DNA of 64,000 nucleotides from Candidatus Hodarchaeota archaeon (GTDB lineage: Archaea > Asgardarchaeota > Lokiarchaeia > Sigyniarchaeales > SOKP01): NCBI GenBank assembly GCA_048886685.1, contig JBHLKM010000013.1, forward strand, positions 1 through 64,000, written 5' to 3'. The notes beneath the pieces are model-generated. The model saw nothing but the letters and a program-made list of their open reading frames with translations, was not told where the DNA came from and ran no database searches. Of the stretch, positions 51,465-61,466 are shown one piece after another (within the stretch, counting starts at the first letter, position 1; the number at the start of each line of letters is the position of its first letter). The position numbers and the translations under genes were made by a program.

Positions 51465-52190
51465 ATGAAATACAAAACAGCTTTATTTAAAATTGGCGGT
51501 TCAATTTTAGAAGATTTTGAGAATCTTAATTCTACAATAACTCAATTATCACAATTATTCGAGGATGATGTAATCCAAAGAATAATTCTGATCCCTGGTG
51601 GTGGTTCCTTCGCAAACTTTATCAGAAAGGTATATAGTGAATTAAAATTCACTGATGAATTGGCACATTGGATGAGTATAATTTCAATGAACTATAATGG
51701 CTTAGAATTAAGTAAAAAATTTCCTAAATTAGAGATTTTTGAAGATTATGATAAATTAAAAGAAATTGGTAAAAATTTCTGTATATTTTTACCATACCAG
51801 TTCTTAAAAGAAAATGATAAATTACCACATAGCTGGGATGTAACTTCTGATTCAATAACTCTCTTTTTGGCAAAAAAAATCGGTTTAAATGAATGTTTCT
51901 TAATAAAAGATGTTGACGGTATTTTAAATGAAAAGAATCAAGTAATTAAAGAAATATCTGCATTGGAATTAAGAAAAATGAAAGAATCTCGTAAATTATT
52001 TGAGCTAGAAACTTCGAATGATAAGTTAAAAAGCCAATCAAGACCAATAGATCCATATATAATAACTTTAATCGAGAAATGGAAAATCTCATGTGTGATT
52101 CTAAACGGCACATATGAAAGTCAAAGAATTGCAGACTTTTTTGATGATTCAAAATCCCTACTAGAGAAAGGTTACACTAGAATTAGTTAA
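51465..52190 (+). CDS. mfnE: MfnE-like amino-acid-kinase-family protein (methanofuran pathway)
   Basis: KIGGS, PGGGSFA, LPHSWDVTSDSI, KDVDG; adjacent to the mfnF-like gene. Confidence 0.78.
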   Translation: MKYKTALFKIGGSILEDFENLNSTITQLSQLFEDDVIQRIILIPGGGSFANFIRKVYSELKFTDELAHWMSIISMNYNGLELSKKFPKLEIFEDYDKLKEIGKNFCIFLPYQFLKENDKLPHSWDVTSDSITLFLAKKIGLNECFLIKDVDGILNEKNQVIKEISALELRKMKESRKLFELETSNDKLKSQSRPIDPYIITLIEKWKISCVILNGTYESQRIADFFDDSKSLLEKGYTRIS

Positions 52191-52302
52191 AATATTGTAG
52201 TATTTATTCATCAAAAAGTATAGACTAATCTTTTGTAATTAAAGTTTTAATTGAGTTGATTCTAAATTATTATTAATACAATTAGAAAAAAAAGAAATCA
52301 AG

Positions 52303-52806
52303 ATGTCAAGTATTGAAGAAATGAAAAAGAATGCTGAATTCTTAATAGAAAATCTTCCTGGTAAGGATTTACCTGGTACTGCTAAAATCAGCGTACGTTA
52401 TAGGAATTTAGTTAATTTCGCTAATTGCTTCGGTATCACTGATCCAAAATATGTTGGTCCTGAAGAAGAGGGCATCGTTGCTTGCCATGCTTATGCAAAC
52501 GCTTATACGATAAAAAGCCTATATACTTTAGCTCCAGGGGCAAAATTTGTTCAAAATGGGGAGGAACGTATGCTTGTAAAGAATCCTAGAATGATACTTC
52601 ATGCTGGCAATAAATATAATTGGGAAGGTTGTGTAGATGTAAAACCGGGAGATAAATTAACTGCTACTGCGAAATTTGGAAAAGTATGGTTAGTTGAAGC
52701 AAATATGATGTTATTTGTAGAATTGATAACTAAGATTGTAAACCAAAATAATGAACCCGTCTGTAATGTGGTGGTAACAGCTGGATTAAGAAAAGGAGGT
52801 TATTAA
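52303..52806 (+). CDS. MaoC-like hotdog-fold protein, non-catalytic (HadA-like) half
   Basis: FA...G...P.Y and ILHAG..Y......KPGD motifs. Confidence 0.7.
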   Translation: MSSIEEMKKNAEFLIENLPGKDLPGTAKISVRYRNLVNFANCFGITDPKYVGPEEEGIVACHAYANAYTIKSLYTLAPGAKFVQNGEERMLVKNPRMILHAGNKYNWEGCVDVKPGDKLTATAKFGKVWLVEANMMLFVELITKIVNQNNEPVCNVVVTAGLRKGGY

Positions 52807-52810
52807 TTAA

Positions 52811-53359
52811 ATGGTTAAAATATCAGATTTAAAGATTGGACAAGTTCTTCAAAACGAATTTGAAGGAATAACAAGAGATTTATTAAAAGATTATGCCAAA
52901 GCTTCGGGAGATACTAATCCCATACATACTAATGACGCTGTAGCAGAAGCAGCAGGATTAAAAGGAGTTATTGCGCATGGATTATTTTCATTTGGTTTTA
53001 TTTCCAAGCTCTTTGAAGACTTTCTTGAACATGGAAAGTATGGTAAAATTATTGAGTTTCTAGTGGAGATGCGTGGGATGGTAAGGGTCGGAGATCGACT
53101 TGTGACAGAAGCTACAATTGAAAAAATTGAGGGAAAAAAAGTTTTTTTTAACGTCAACCAAATTACTTTTACTAATGTCGACATTAAAGATAAAGAGGGT
53201 AATATAGTAAAACAATTCGAAGCTGGTGAAAGAGGATATATCTCTGAAAAAGATATTGAACGAGGTTTAGTAAAAACAAAAGAAGTTGAGGAAGGTACCT
53301 TAACATATCGAGAAAGAGTTGCAACTCCTGGTACTGCTGTTATTGAACTTTTTAAATAA
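52811..53359 (+). CDS. MaoC-family (R)-hydratase/dehydratase (HadB-like)
   Basis: Catalytic motif YAKASGDTNPIH...IAHG. Confidence 0.88.
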   Translation: MVKISDLKIGQVLQNEFEGITRDLLKDYAKASGDTNPIHTNDAVAEAAGLKGVIAHGLFSFGFISKLFEDFLEHGKYGKIIEFLVEMRGMVRVGDRLVTEATIEKIEGKKVFFNVNQITFTNVDIKDKEGNIVKQFEAGERGYISEKDIERGLVKTKEVEEGTLTYRERVATPGTAVIELFK

Positions 53360-53519
53360 TTAAAAAATCTCGTTCACTACTTTTTATTTTTTTTTAAAAT
53401 TTTACAACTAGTCTCTTTTTTTAGATGGTTTGAAAGATATTTATACTAGATAAAAGATATTTTTAATAGAAGAGAACTTTGAGATAAAAAAATCTAATAA
53501 TATTTTTTTAAAAACCACA

Positions 53520-56444
53520 TTGACATCTTTAACTTTAGACACTGAAAAAATTGAAACATTGATCCTTAATGGATATAATGAAGAGGCAGCTGAAGATATA
53601 TTTAGTTTTATTGAAGATTATCAAAATCATCATGATAAAGAACTCATTTACAGATGTCTTAGTTTATTAAACCTGATTTGTGATAAATCTCCTTCAATAG
53701 CAGAAAGAACTGTAAAAAATGTGAAGAATTTCATTAATGACTCGGATTCTTGGATAAGATTGGTTTCTTTGGAGATCTTATATCAAATCAGTATGTTTAG
53801 ACCAAACTTGTTAATAGATTTAATCGATAAAATCAGAGGACGATTATTTGATCAAGATCCAACTGTGAGAAGATTAACTGTAAAAATTATTGGAAATTTG
53901 ATATTAACACTTCACATTGATTTAGAAGAAATTCACGAAATAATCGAGGAATACACAGAAAAATTGATGGATAATGATTGGAAAGTAAAACTTAATGTAA
54001 TAAAGACTATACAAAAAATACTAAATCAAGATTATACTAAAATCAGAAACTTGGAACCACTACTATCAATGGTAATAATCAATCTTAGAGATGAAGATGA
54101 TGATGTTGCAAAAGCTGCCACTGAGCTCCTTAAGATTCATGGCACATACTTCTTATCTAAAGAAAAATTATTCTATATTCTACTCAACCTTCTTTATAAT
54201 GAAAAAAATAGAGTCAAAGAATTAATTATTTGGTTATTTGGAGAAATTGGTAAAGAAAAATCTTCTGAAATAATATCGATTATCCCAAAACTAATAAATC
54301 TCTTAAAAGAAAATGATTATCGCATCCAATCAAAAGTAATAGAAGCTCTCGTAAATATCGCAGAAAATAATTTTGACCAAATATGGGCTAATTTATTAAA
54401 TTCAATGTCAGAAACGGGAGATTCTTATTATAGAAATTCATTAATAAATGCGTTATATCAGCTCTGTCAAAAAAATATTACAGAAATATTTCCTTATTTC
54501 TTCGAAGAATTAGAGAATCCTTCTGAAAACATTAGAGAAGGAATTGCCCTTGTGTTTAAACGTTTATTTGAAGAATATCAAATTGAAATTGAAAATGAAA
54601 TAACGAGAATATTATATCGATTAGAGTCGCGTTATTGGAGAGAGAGAAAACAAACAATTAATCTTTTAAACCACATATGTTTCATTTTAAAAAATCATAA
54701 AATTGCTGTCTGGATTACAATTGAATTGAATAATTCTTTACAAATTGAAAAAGATCCAGAAGTGAAGGAAGAGATCTATTTCACATTAGAAAATATTAAT
54801 AATAACTTTAAAAAAATTGATTCTACAATAAAACGAATAAATTATGAATTAGCATTATTTCATAATAAAATTTTAAAGTTTCAAAAAATTCCAGCACAGT
54901 TCAGAGAAAAACTAAATTCCTATATTGAGAATTTTAAATTTAACGACACAGAAGTTCAATTAAATCGAAAATATAGTAAAATTCTTAAGAAAATCAAAAA
55001 GTTTGATAATCTAATTAATAAATTTGACTATAAAAGGTTAGCTTTTGAATTAATTGAAGAATGGGAAGATACTAAAGTCCAGATTATTGAAGAATTAAGC
55101 ATTATAAAAAGTTTCATCTCTCAGATATGCGAAGAGAAAAAACAAGAGTTTATCTCTGATTTACATCAAGAAATTAAGTTATTAGATAATCGCATAAGTA
55201 TCCTAAAAGCTGAATTTGATTACATAAAAGAAAATGAACTTGAAATGAATGTTAACACTGGTGAAAATGAAACATTTACTTATATAACCCAAATAAGAAG
55301 GAAGCTATTTAAGTTAGATGGAGAAATAAGAGAATTAATGATAAACAATGTAGAGTTTGATGAGATCTTTAAAGATCTGGTAAGAAAATGGGTTTCAATA
55401 AAAATTGAAATTCAGGAATATTTAATTGATTTAGACAGACAATTTAAGACTATAAAAGATGATTTAGTCGACTATATGCTACAAAGTAGAGTCGCAGGGG
55501 AAATATCTGATACTGAAGAAATAAACGGGATTGATAATGTACTTAGATTTCAACTCCTTCAGGGACATATCCAATCGATTATTACAGAAAGAATCGAAGG
55601 AATTAAAAAACTCAATGATAATTTTGAAACACTCTTATCAAAATTAGAATTTTTAATAAAAACTAATGAGTTTAGTGATGGTCAAAAGTTATTAGAAATG
55701 AATTCCAGACAAATCCAGAATTACATAGCGGAAACTGATAAACAAATTGAAAATATACTCGGTAAAGAGAAATTATTGGAAGATAATAATGTATTTAACT
55801 TATATGTGAGACCATACATTAACAAATTAAACACTTCAAAAGAATTATTGATAAATCGACTTAAAGATTTCATGCGAAAGGGAAACGATAAACTGTATTT
55901 AAATCAAATTAAGTATTATTCGAAGATTAGTAATCCGATAAATTTAGATTTACTCTCGAAATTTTTAAATATTAACACAGAGCAACTAAAAGAAACTGCT
56001 CTTAAATTCATCAACAATAATAAGCTTAATGCCAAAATTGTAAATGAAAAATTATTATTTGATCAAATCGAATCTGATATTACAGATTCTAAAGACGTTT
56101 TATTTTTTAAAAATATTAAGACAATTGGTAATGAAATATATTTGAACTTCAAACTAACTAATCCTTCAAATTTTGATTTTCGAGATTTTCAAATTTCTCT
56201 AAAAGTACCAACTTATGTTAATATACAGAGAAAACAAAGCTTCCCAAAATATCTACAGTTAAATGAGTTAAAACCTGGTAGCGCATTTAAATTTAATTAT
56301 GTCTGTAAGATTGATAAACAAAAAGAACTTAAGAAAAATCTGTTTGATCCGACAGCAGATGAAATTAAACTTGAATTATTCTACAAAGATCAATTCAACA
56401 ATACAAGAAAGACAACTAAACATATCGATTTATTTATCCCATAA
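53520..56444 (+). CDS. Large HEAT-repeat solenoid with coiled coil, PCI-like winged helix and C-terminal Ig-like beta-sandwich
   Basis: HEAT units (DSDSWIR, DQDPTVR, DNDWKVK, DEDDDVA); INLDLLSKFLNI...FINNNKLNAKI; C-terminal LNFKLTNPS...LKPG beta domain. Confidence 0.7.
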   Translation: MTSLTLDTEKIETLILNGYNEEAAEDIFSFIEDYQNHHDKELIYRCLSLLNLICDKSPSIAERTVKNVKNFINDSDSWIRLVSLEILYQISMFRPNLLIDLIDKIRGRLFDQDPTVRRLTVKIIGNLILTLHIDLEEIHEIIEEYTEKLMDNDWKVKLNVIKTIQKILNQDYTKIRNLEPLLSMVIINLRDEDDDVAKAATELLKIHGTYFLSKEKLFYILLNLLYNEKNRVKELIIWLFGEIGKEKSSEIISIIPKLINLLKENDYRIQSKVIEALVNIAENNFDQIWANLLNSMSETGDSYYRNSLINALYQLCQKNITEIFPYFFEELENPSENIREGIALVFKRLFEEYQIEIENEITRILYRLESRYWRERKQTINLLNHICFILKNHKIAVWITIELNNSLQIEKDPEVKEEIYFTLENINNNFKKIDSTIKRINYELALFHNKILKFQKIPAQFREKLNSYIENFKFNDTEVQLNRKYSKILKKIKKFDNLINKFDYKRLAFELIEEWEDTKVQIIEELSIIKSFISQICEEKKQEFISDLHQEIKLLDNRISILKAEFDYIKENELEMNVNTGENETFTYITQIRRKLFKLDGEIRELMINNVEFDEIFKDLVRKWVSIKIEIQEYLIDLDRQFKTIKDDLVDYMLQSRVAGEISDTEEINGIDNVLRFQLLQGHIQSIITERIEGIKKLNDNFETLLSKLEFLIKTNEFSDGQKLLEMNSRQIQNYIAETDKQIENILGKEKLLEDNNVFNLYVRPYINKLNTSKELLINRLKDFMRKGNDKLYLNQIKYYSKISNPINLDLLSKFLNINTEQLKETALKFINNNKLNAKIVNEKLLFDQIESDITDSKDVLFFKNIKTIGNEIYLNFKLTNPSNFDFRDFQISLKVPTYVNIQRKQSFPKYLQLNELKPGSAFKFNYVCKIDKQKELKKNLFDPTADEIKLELFYKDQFNNTRKTTKHIDLFIP

Positions 56445-56644
56445 ATTTGTATAACGAATTAAACTCTTCTCGATTTTAAATATTGTTATAAATTTGAAAT
56501 AGCATTTTTTCCTCCATATAACTTTTTATAAGAAATTTGCTTATCTTTTTAGTGAATTTATTTATTTTTTCAATAAATTATATGAAAAAGATTAATATAT
56601 TCATAATTCTAAATTAAGATACTAATCATATGATTTAAAAAATT

Positions 56645-56651
56645 GAGGTGA
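56645..56651 (+). promoter_or_regulatory. Shine-Dalgarno GAGGTGA of selD-1
   Basis: 3 nt before ATG 56655; the identical motif precedes selD-2. Confidence 0.75.
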
Positions 56652-56654
56652 AGG

Positions 56655-57686
56655 ATGCAAGAGTTAGAGAGTTATCGATTAACATTGCAAACGAAACTTT
56701 TTGGCTGAAATTGTAAACTCGACGCGGAAAAATTAGACAAGCTACTGTCCAACGTTGGATTAAAAGGTGATATTGAGGATTCTTCTGTAATTCTAGTACC
56801 TGGTACTGATCTTGCCATGGTAAAAAACATTGATATTTTCACTCCAATCATAGATGAGCCAGAAATCATGGGAGAGATCGCTGCTGCCAATGTAACTAAC
56901 GACATTTTTGCACTAAACGTATTAAACGTTTCAGGAATGCTTGTATTCTTAGGAATGAAGAAAAATATGCCTATGTACATCGCTGAAGGCTTATTAAAGG
57001 GAATCAAAAATTTCATGGAAAACAAGATAAACTCCAAAGTCCTTGGTGGTCATACTATATATTCAGAATGGCCGTTAATAGGTGGCGAGGCTTCTGGATT
57101 TGTAGATAAAAACAAGATTATTAGAAAAAACTATGTTGATAAGGGAGATATACTAATACTAACCAAACCTGTAGGAAATCAAGCCATCATGGCAGCATAT
57201 CGTCTACAAAAAAACAATCCCGCTCTTATAGAGAATTATTCAACATCAGAAATTGATACTTCGATTGATTTAGCAGTTGAATTAATGACTAAACCACTTC
57301 AAGATGTAGTAGAAGTTATACATTCTTACTCTGACGTTAAATTTGTTCACTCAATGACAGATGTCTCTGGATTCGGTTTAGCAGGTCATTTAAAAGAGAT
57401 GCTACAAAATTCTAAACTTTCAGCGACTATTAACCAAGTGCCTATTATTAAATTAACTAGAGAATTGGCTGATGATTTTGGCTATAAATTTAATTCATGC
57501 GAAATGCCAGAAACTGCCGGTGGAATGCTCCTCTCTGTAGATCATAAACAAGCAGAAGAGTTCTCAGAACGACTCATAAAGTTTGGTGTCCCAAATTGGA
57601 TTATTGGATCAATCGATAACGTTCACGAGGCTAAATATGTTCACGTTTCTGAAGATGTTGAACATATTGAAATAACAAAATTCTAA
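56655..57686 (+). CDS. selD: Selenophosphate synthetase, selenoprotein (Sec at codon 18, TGA 56706-56708), copy 1
   Basis: MQELESYRLTLQTKLFG-U-NCKL is in frame with DIFTPI, GGHT, LTKPVG, TDVSGFGLAGH and ETAGGML. Confidence 0.93.
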
Positions 57687-57758
57687 CGATGTCGAGGAAA
57701 TAAGCAAAAACACATCATTGTGGGTGCTTATTGAGAATTCTGTTGCCCAACAGCATCG
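57687..57758 (+). promoter_or_regulatory. SECIS-like 3'-UTR element of selD-1 (AGGA/GA core)
   Basis: AGGA-A-AUAAGCA-AAAA-CACA...UGUG-GG-UGCUUAU-UGAG, side hairpin CUGUUG/CAACAG, outer stem CGAUG/CAUCG. Confidence 0.8.
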
Positions 57759-57975
57759 AAAAATATTGATAGCTTTTGTTATTTTATTATTTTACAACTT
57801 TCTTTTCTTCCCGTAAATTATAAATTCAATTCTATTTATTCTTATTTATTGAAATTATCGATAGATAATATCGAAAAGATTAATTAATATTTCCTATTAT
57901 TTAAGAAATATATTAAATGGATTTAATAAAAAATAATTGTATAATATTACATACTCAAAATCTTAATTTCAGTGT

Positions 57976-57982
57976 GAGGTGA
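57976..57982 (+). promoter_or_regulatory. Shine-Dalgarno GAGGTGA of selD-2
   Basis: 2 nt before ATG 57985. Confidence 0.75.
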
Positions 57983-57984
57983 TT

Positions 57985-59013
57985 ATGCCTAAAGAGTCAG
58001 ACTATAGATTGACAAAACAAGTGAAAATTTTCGGATGATCGTGTAAGTTAGGTGCAAATGAATTAAATGATTTACTTGAGAAAACTGGTCTAGCTGGAGA
58101 TATCGAAGATGCTGCTATTGTTCCTGTTCCGAATTCTGATATCGTTCAAGTGAAGAATTTAGATATCTTTACCCCTATCGTTGATGAACCGGATATTATG
58201 GGGCAGATTGCAGCATGTAATGTAACAAATGACATATTCGCTATGAATGTTCCTGAAATTTCCGGAATGTTGGTATTTTTAGGGATTAGTACAAAAACTC
58301 CAATGAAGATAGCAGAAGGAATATTAGAAGGAATTAAATACTTCATGGAGAAAAAAATCAACTCGAAAGTTGTAGGAGGTCATACAATCTACTCAGAATG
58401 GCCATTAATTGGCGGAGAAGCTTCGGGATTCGTCAATAAAAACGCCATTATTTATAAACAAGGAGCTAAAAACGGAGATAAGCTATTATTAACTAAACCT
58501 ATAGGTTTACAACCTATAATGGCATCCTACAGGATTTTAAAAGATATGCCAGAGATGCTTGAAACATATTCTGAAAAGCAACTTAGAAAATCAATAAAAC
58601 TCGCAATAAAAATAATGACAAGTTCGAATCAAGATGTTGTAAAAACGATTCATTCCTTGGATGATTTTTCATTTATTCATTCAATGACAGATGTTACAGG
58701 GTTTGGTCTGGCGGGGCATCTATTAGAAATGCTTCAAAACTCTGATTTATCCGCAATTATTGAGACCATACCCTCCATTAAGCACTCTCAAAGCCTTGCT
58801 GAGGATTTGGGTTATGCATTTGATGAATGTGAATGCGCAGAAACTGCTGGTGGTATGCTTATGGCTATTGATCCTTCAAATATAGAAGAATTTTCTGACA
58901 TTCTTTCAGAAAAAGGAATTTCAAATTGGATTGTAGGTACAATTGATACAGTAACTCCTGGACTTGTGAGAATTTCAGAGAACGTTGAGAATATAGAAAT
59001 TACTAATTTTTAA
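57985..59013 (+). CDS. selD: Selenophosphate synthetase, selenoprotein (Sec at codon 18, TGA 58036-58038), copy 2
   Basis: MPKESDYRLTKQVKIFG-U-SCKL is in frame with DIFTPIV, GGHT, LTKPIG, TDVTGFGLAGH and ETAGGML. Confidence 0.93.
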
Positions 59014-59086
59014 CGATGTTGATGATATAAGCTAAAACACATTATAGTGGGTGCTTATTGAAATTTCCACCTGCGAGGTGGCTTCA
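59014..59086 (+). promoter_or_regulatory. SECIS-like 3'-UTR element of selD-2 (canonical AUGA/GA core)
   Basis: AUGA-U-AUAAGC-U-AAAA-CAC...GUG-GGU-GCUUAU-UGAA, side hairpin CCACCU/AGGUGG; 46/54 nt identical to the selD-1 element. Confidence 0.85.
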
Positions 59087-59095
59087 AATTTGCAA

Positions 59096-59890
59096 TTATA
59101 TTCTTTCTTTAATTTCCCCTTTGAGGTTTAAAACTATTTCTCTTATTTCAGATAAAGCTTTATCAACCAATTCTTCACCATGTTCTAAATTAAAAGCAGT
59201 AATAGAAACCTCAACCAAAACGGAGAGACCAATTTTAGGATGGGTTTTGATCCATAATTGAGGATATTTTTCTTCTAACTCACTAGTATATGGAGCAATT
59301 TGGCTTTCTCCAATACCGGAGAAAAGAAATCCTTTTTCGATGAACTTACCTTTCTTTTCTTTTAAAATTGGATTAATAATATTTCTAAACATTGACTTCA
59401 TCTCTGCTGGTACTCCTGGAAGTATAAAAATTGTTGTATTTTTTTCTTTAATTTTCACCCCTGGGGCAGTACCTACCGTATTTGGTAAAGGTATGGAGCC
59501 TTGAGGGAGATATGCCATTTTTTTTCGTTCTTTTGTCATTCCCTCAAGTTTTAAAATTCCTCGTTCATACGCATGTTTGTAAGTTTTCTTTATAGAATTG
59601 AGAGCATGTTCATTAAGTACCAATTTTCTTTTTAAGCCAAATGCTATTCCCTCCAAAGTCATATCATCAAAGGTTGGGCCCAATCCTCCCGAAGTAATAA
59701 CCAAGTCTGGACTTCGACTCAAAATTTCTTGTATTGTACTAGAAATTACATTCAGGTCATCTCCTACCGTTGAAATTCTTTTTAGTTGATGACCATAGCG
59801 AGCAATCCTTTTTGCCATCCAATTTGAATTGCTATCAAGAGTTTTCCCGATTAAAATTTCGTTTCCAATTACGAGTATTTCTGTATCCAT
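59096..59890 (-). CDS. CinA-like / molybdopterin-binding domain protein
   Basis: IGNEILIG, DSNS, VGDD, SGGLGPTFDDMT, GTAPG, LPGVP. Confidence 0.88.
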   Translation of the reverse strand: MDTEILVIGNEILIGKTLDSNSNWMAKRIARYGHQLKRISTVGDDLNVISSTIQEILSRSPDLVITSGGLGPTFDDMTLEGIAFGLKRKLVLNEHALNSIKKTYKHAYERGILKLEGMTKERKKMAYLPQGSIPLPNTVGTAPGVKIKEKNTTIFILPGVPAEMKSMFRNIINPILKEKKGKFIEKGFLFSGIGESQIAPYTSELEEKYPQLWIKTHPKIGLSVLVEVSITAFNLEHGEELVDKALSEIREIVLNLKGEIKERI

Positions 59891-60035
59891 TTTTTACCAA
59901 CTATAAAGAAGTTTAAAACTTATAATATTTAATAATTTCATTTATTTTTCTTAACAATTTAATTTTATAAAACTTGATATTTATTAATTAATTTAACCAA
60001 GTACCTTTAGATAAAAAAGATACTATTGAAAATCA

Positions 60036-60581
60036 ATGACAATAGAAATCGATGATGCTGGAACAGGGGATCTTGTAGGAGATGCCTTTATTGGACTTCT
60101 AAGAAAGGAAACAGGGGAACTTATCTTTAAATCTTTACCTGTTGACTTATTTAGAGCAGAAAATTGGAAAGATAAGGAACCATTTAAAGAAGCAGTCAAT
60201 TTGATTAAAGATGGATTAAAAGAATTAGACTTTCAAAAGGATAGTGAACTCATTAAACTCTGTAGAGGGAATATATTCGATCAAGTGCGGGAATATTTTT
60301 TGGAAGAAGGTATAAATTATGAAGATGCTATAGTTGAAGGTAAACTTCAAGATGCTGTTGAAGGTAAATTACTTGAACACCTTCGACATGACTTAAATGT
60401 AAGGTCTAGAAACTTGACAAAAAAAAGTGGGGCAAAACGATTCTTTGTTTTATTTAATTGGGTTTGCTATGATTTCTTTAATCGAGAAAAATATGTGAAA
60501 ACTGGATTTAAGAAGTGGAATACAGTTTGGAGAGAACGAGCTATTAAAAAATATAATAAAATAAAGAAAGTAAAGAAATAG
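60036..60581 (+). CDS. Hypothetical protein with RNase H-like (RNase HII/HIII-type) N-terminal motif
   Basis: IEIDDAGTGDLVG resembles the DEAG/DESG motif of RNase HII/HIII. Confidence 0.5.
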   Translation: MTIEIDDAGTGDLVGDAFIGLLRKETGELIFKSLPVDLFRAENWKDKEPFKEAVNLIKDGLKELDFQKDSELIKLCRGNIFDQVREYFLEEGINYEDAIVEGKLQDAVEGKLLEHLRHDLNVRSRNLTKKSGAKRFFVLFNWVCYDFFNREKYVKTGFKKWNTVWRERAIKKYNKIKKVKK

Positions 60582-60632
60582 AAATATTCCTAAATTTCTT
60601 CAATATTATTAATAAATTATCTTAACATATTT

Positions 60633-61331
60633 TTAGTTTAATTCAGTTCCACAATTTTTACATTTTTTGGCGTTTTTAGGGTTTTTATCATATCCACACG
60701 CAAAACAAATCACACTTTTACTATCTTTAGATTGTTCAAAATCAAATCTTTCTTGCTTTGATAATGATGGTTGTTTGTGAGTTGAATCTGCTTCAGATCC
60801 TAAACGCTTTTTTACATAATCTTCGTCATGAGGAGTAACTATTTTAAAATCTGTTGAAGTCTGAATCTCTTTGAATCCCTTTGGGATATTTTTAAATTCT
60901 GATTCTTCTATATCTGTAATATCATTTCTATCCATAGCTTTACTAGCTTCAGTCTCTTCTTTTTCATACTCATGAGTCGTTAAAATCTTATTTTCATTTA
61001 ATTCAGAAGTAATATTTTCTTGAATATCTTCTTCTTGTATAAAAGTCTCTTCTTCAAACAAAACTTTTTCTATTTGACCAGCTTTCAAATCTTTTATATG
61101 AGCCATGATACCTTTAGTTCTATTGATTAGCATATTCTTATAAGTAGCGTCAATGTTACGAGATTTTGAAAAATTCAGTGTCATTTCAGAAATCTCTAAC
61201 CAAATTTTAATAGCAGATTCAATTTCATTTCTTCTTTCGTAGCCTTTAGCTAATGCAACCTTAGTTTTCAGCGCTTTATTAAATTTTTCAACATCCATAT
61301 GTGATTTTACCCATTCTTTTAAATACTTCAA
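60633..61331 (-). CDS. MIT-like three-helix domain, acidic linker and C-terminal Zn ribbon
   Basis: A..YE....IESAI..W....E..L......YKNML......MAHIKDLK; C-terminal CFACG...CKNCG. Confidence 0.6.
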   Translation of the reverse strand: MKYLKEWVKSHMDVEKFNKALKTKVALAKGYERRNEIESAIKIWLEISEMTLNFSKSRNIDATYKNMLINRTKGIMAHIKDLKAGQIEKVLFEEETFIQEEDIQENITSELNENKILTTHEYEKEETEASKAMDRNDITDIEESEFKNIPKGFKEIQTSTDFKIVTPHDEDYVKKRLGSEADSTHKQPSLSKQERFDFEQSKDSKSVICFACGYDKNPKNAKKCKNCGTELN

Positions 61332-61466
61332 GTTTTACATGTAAATTAAAATTTTTAAATATTTATTTGATTATTTCCCAAAAATTAAAATTTCTTAACA
61401 CTACTATTTCTTTAAGATTAAGTAAGAATTTAATTTCTCTCTTTTAAAGCATTTAAAATAACTAAT

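Noticed and set aside
56706-58038. selD TGA codons read as pseudogene lesions
   Set aside because: Both lie at the catalytic Cys/Sec position in the two paralogues, and both genes have an RBS and 3' SECIS-like elements.
56672-58361. Minus-strand ORFs 56672..57037 and 58146..58361 and other short overlapping ORFs in the track
   Set aside because: They are antisense or out-of-frame shadows of well-supported genes.
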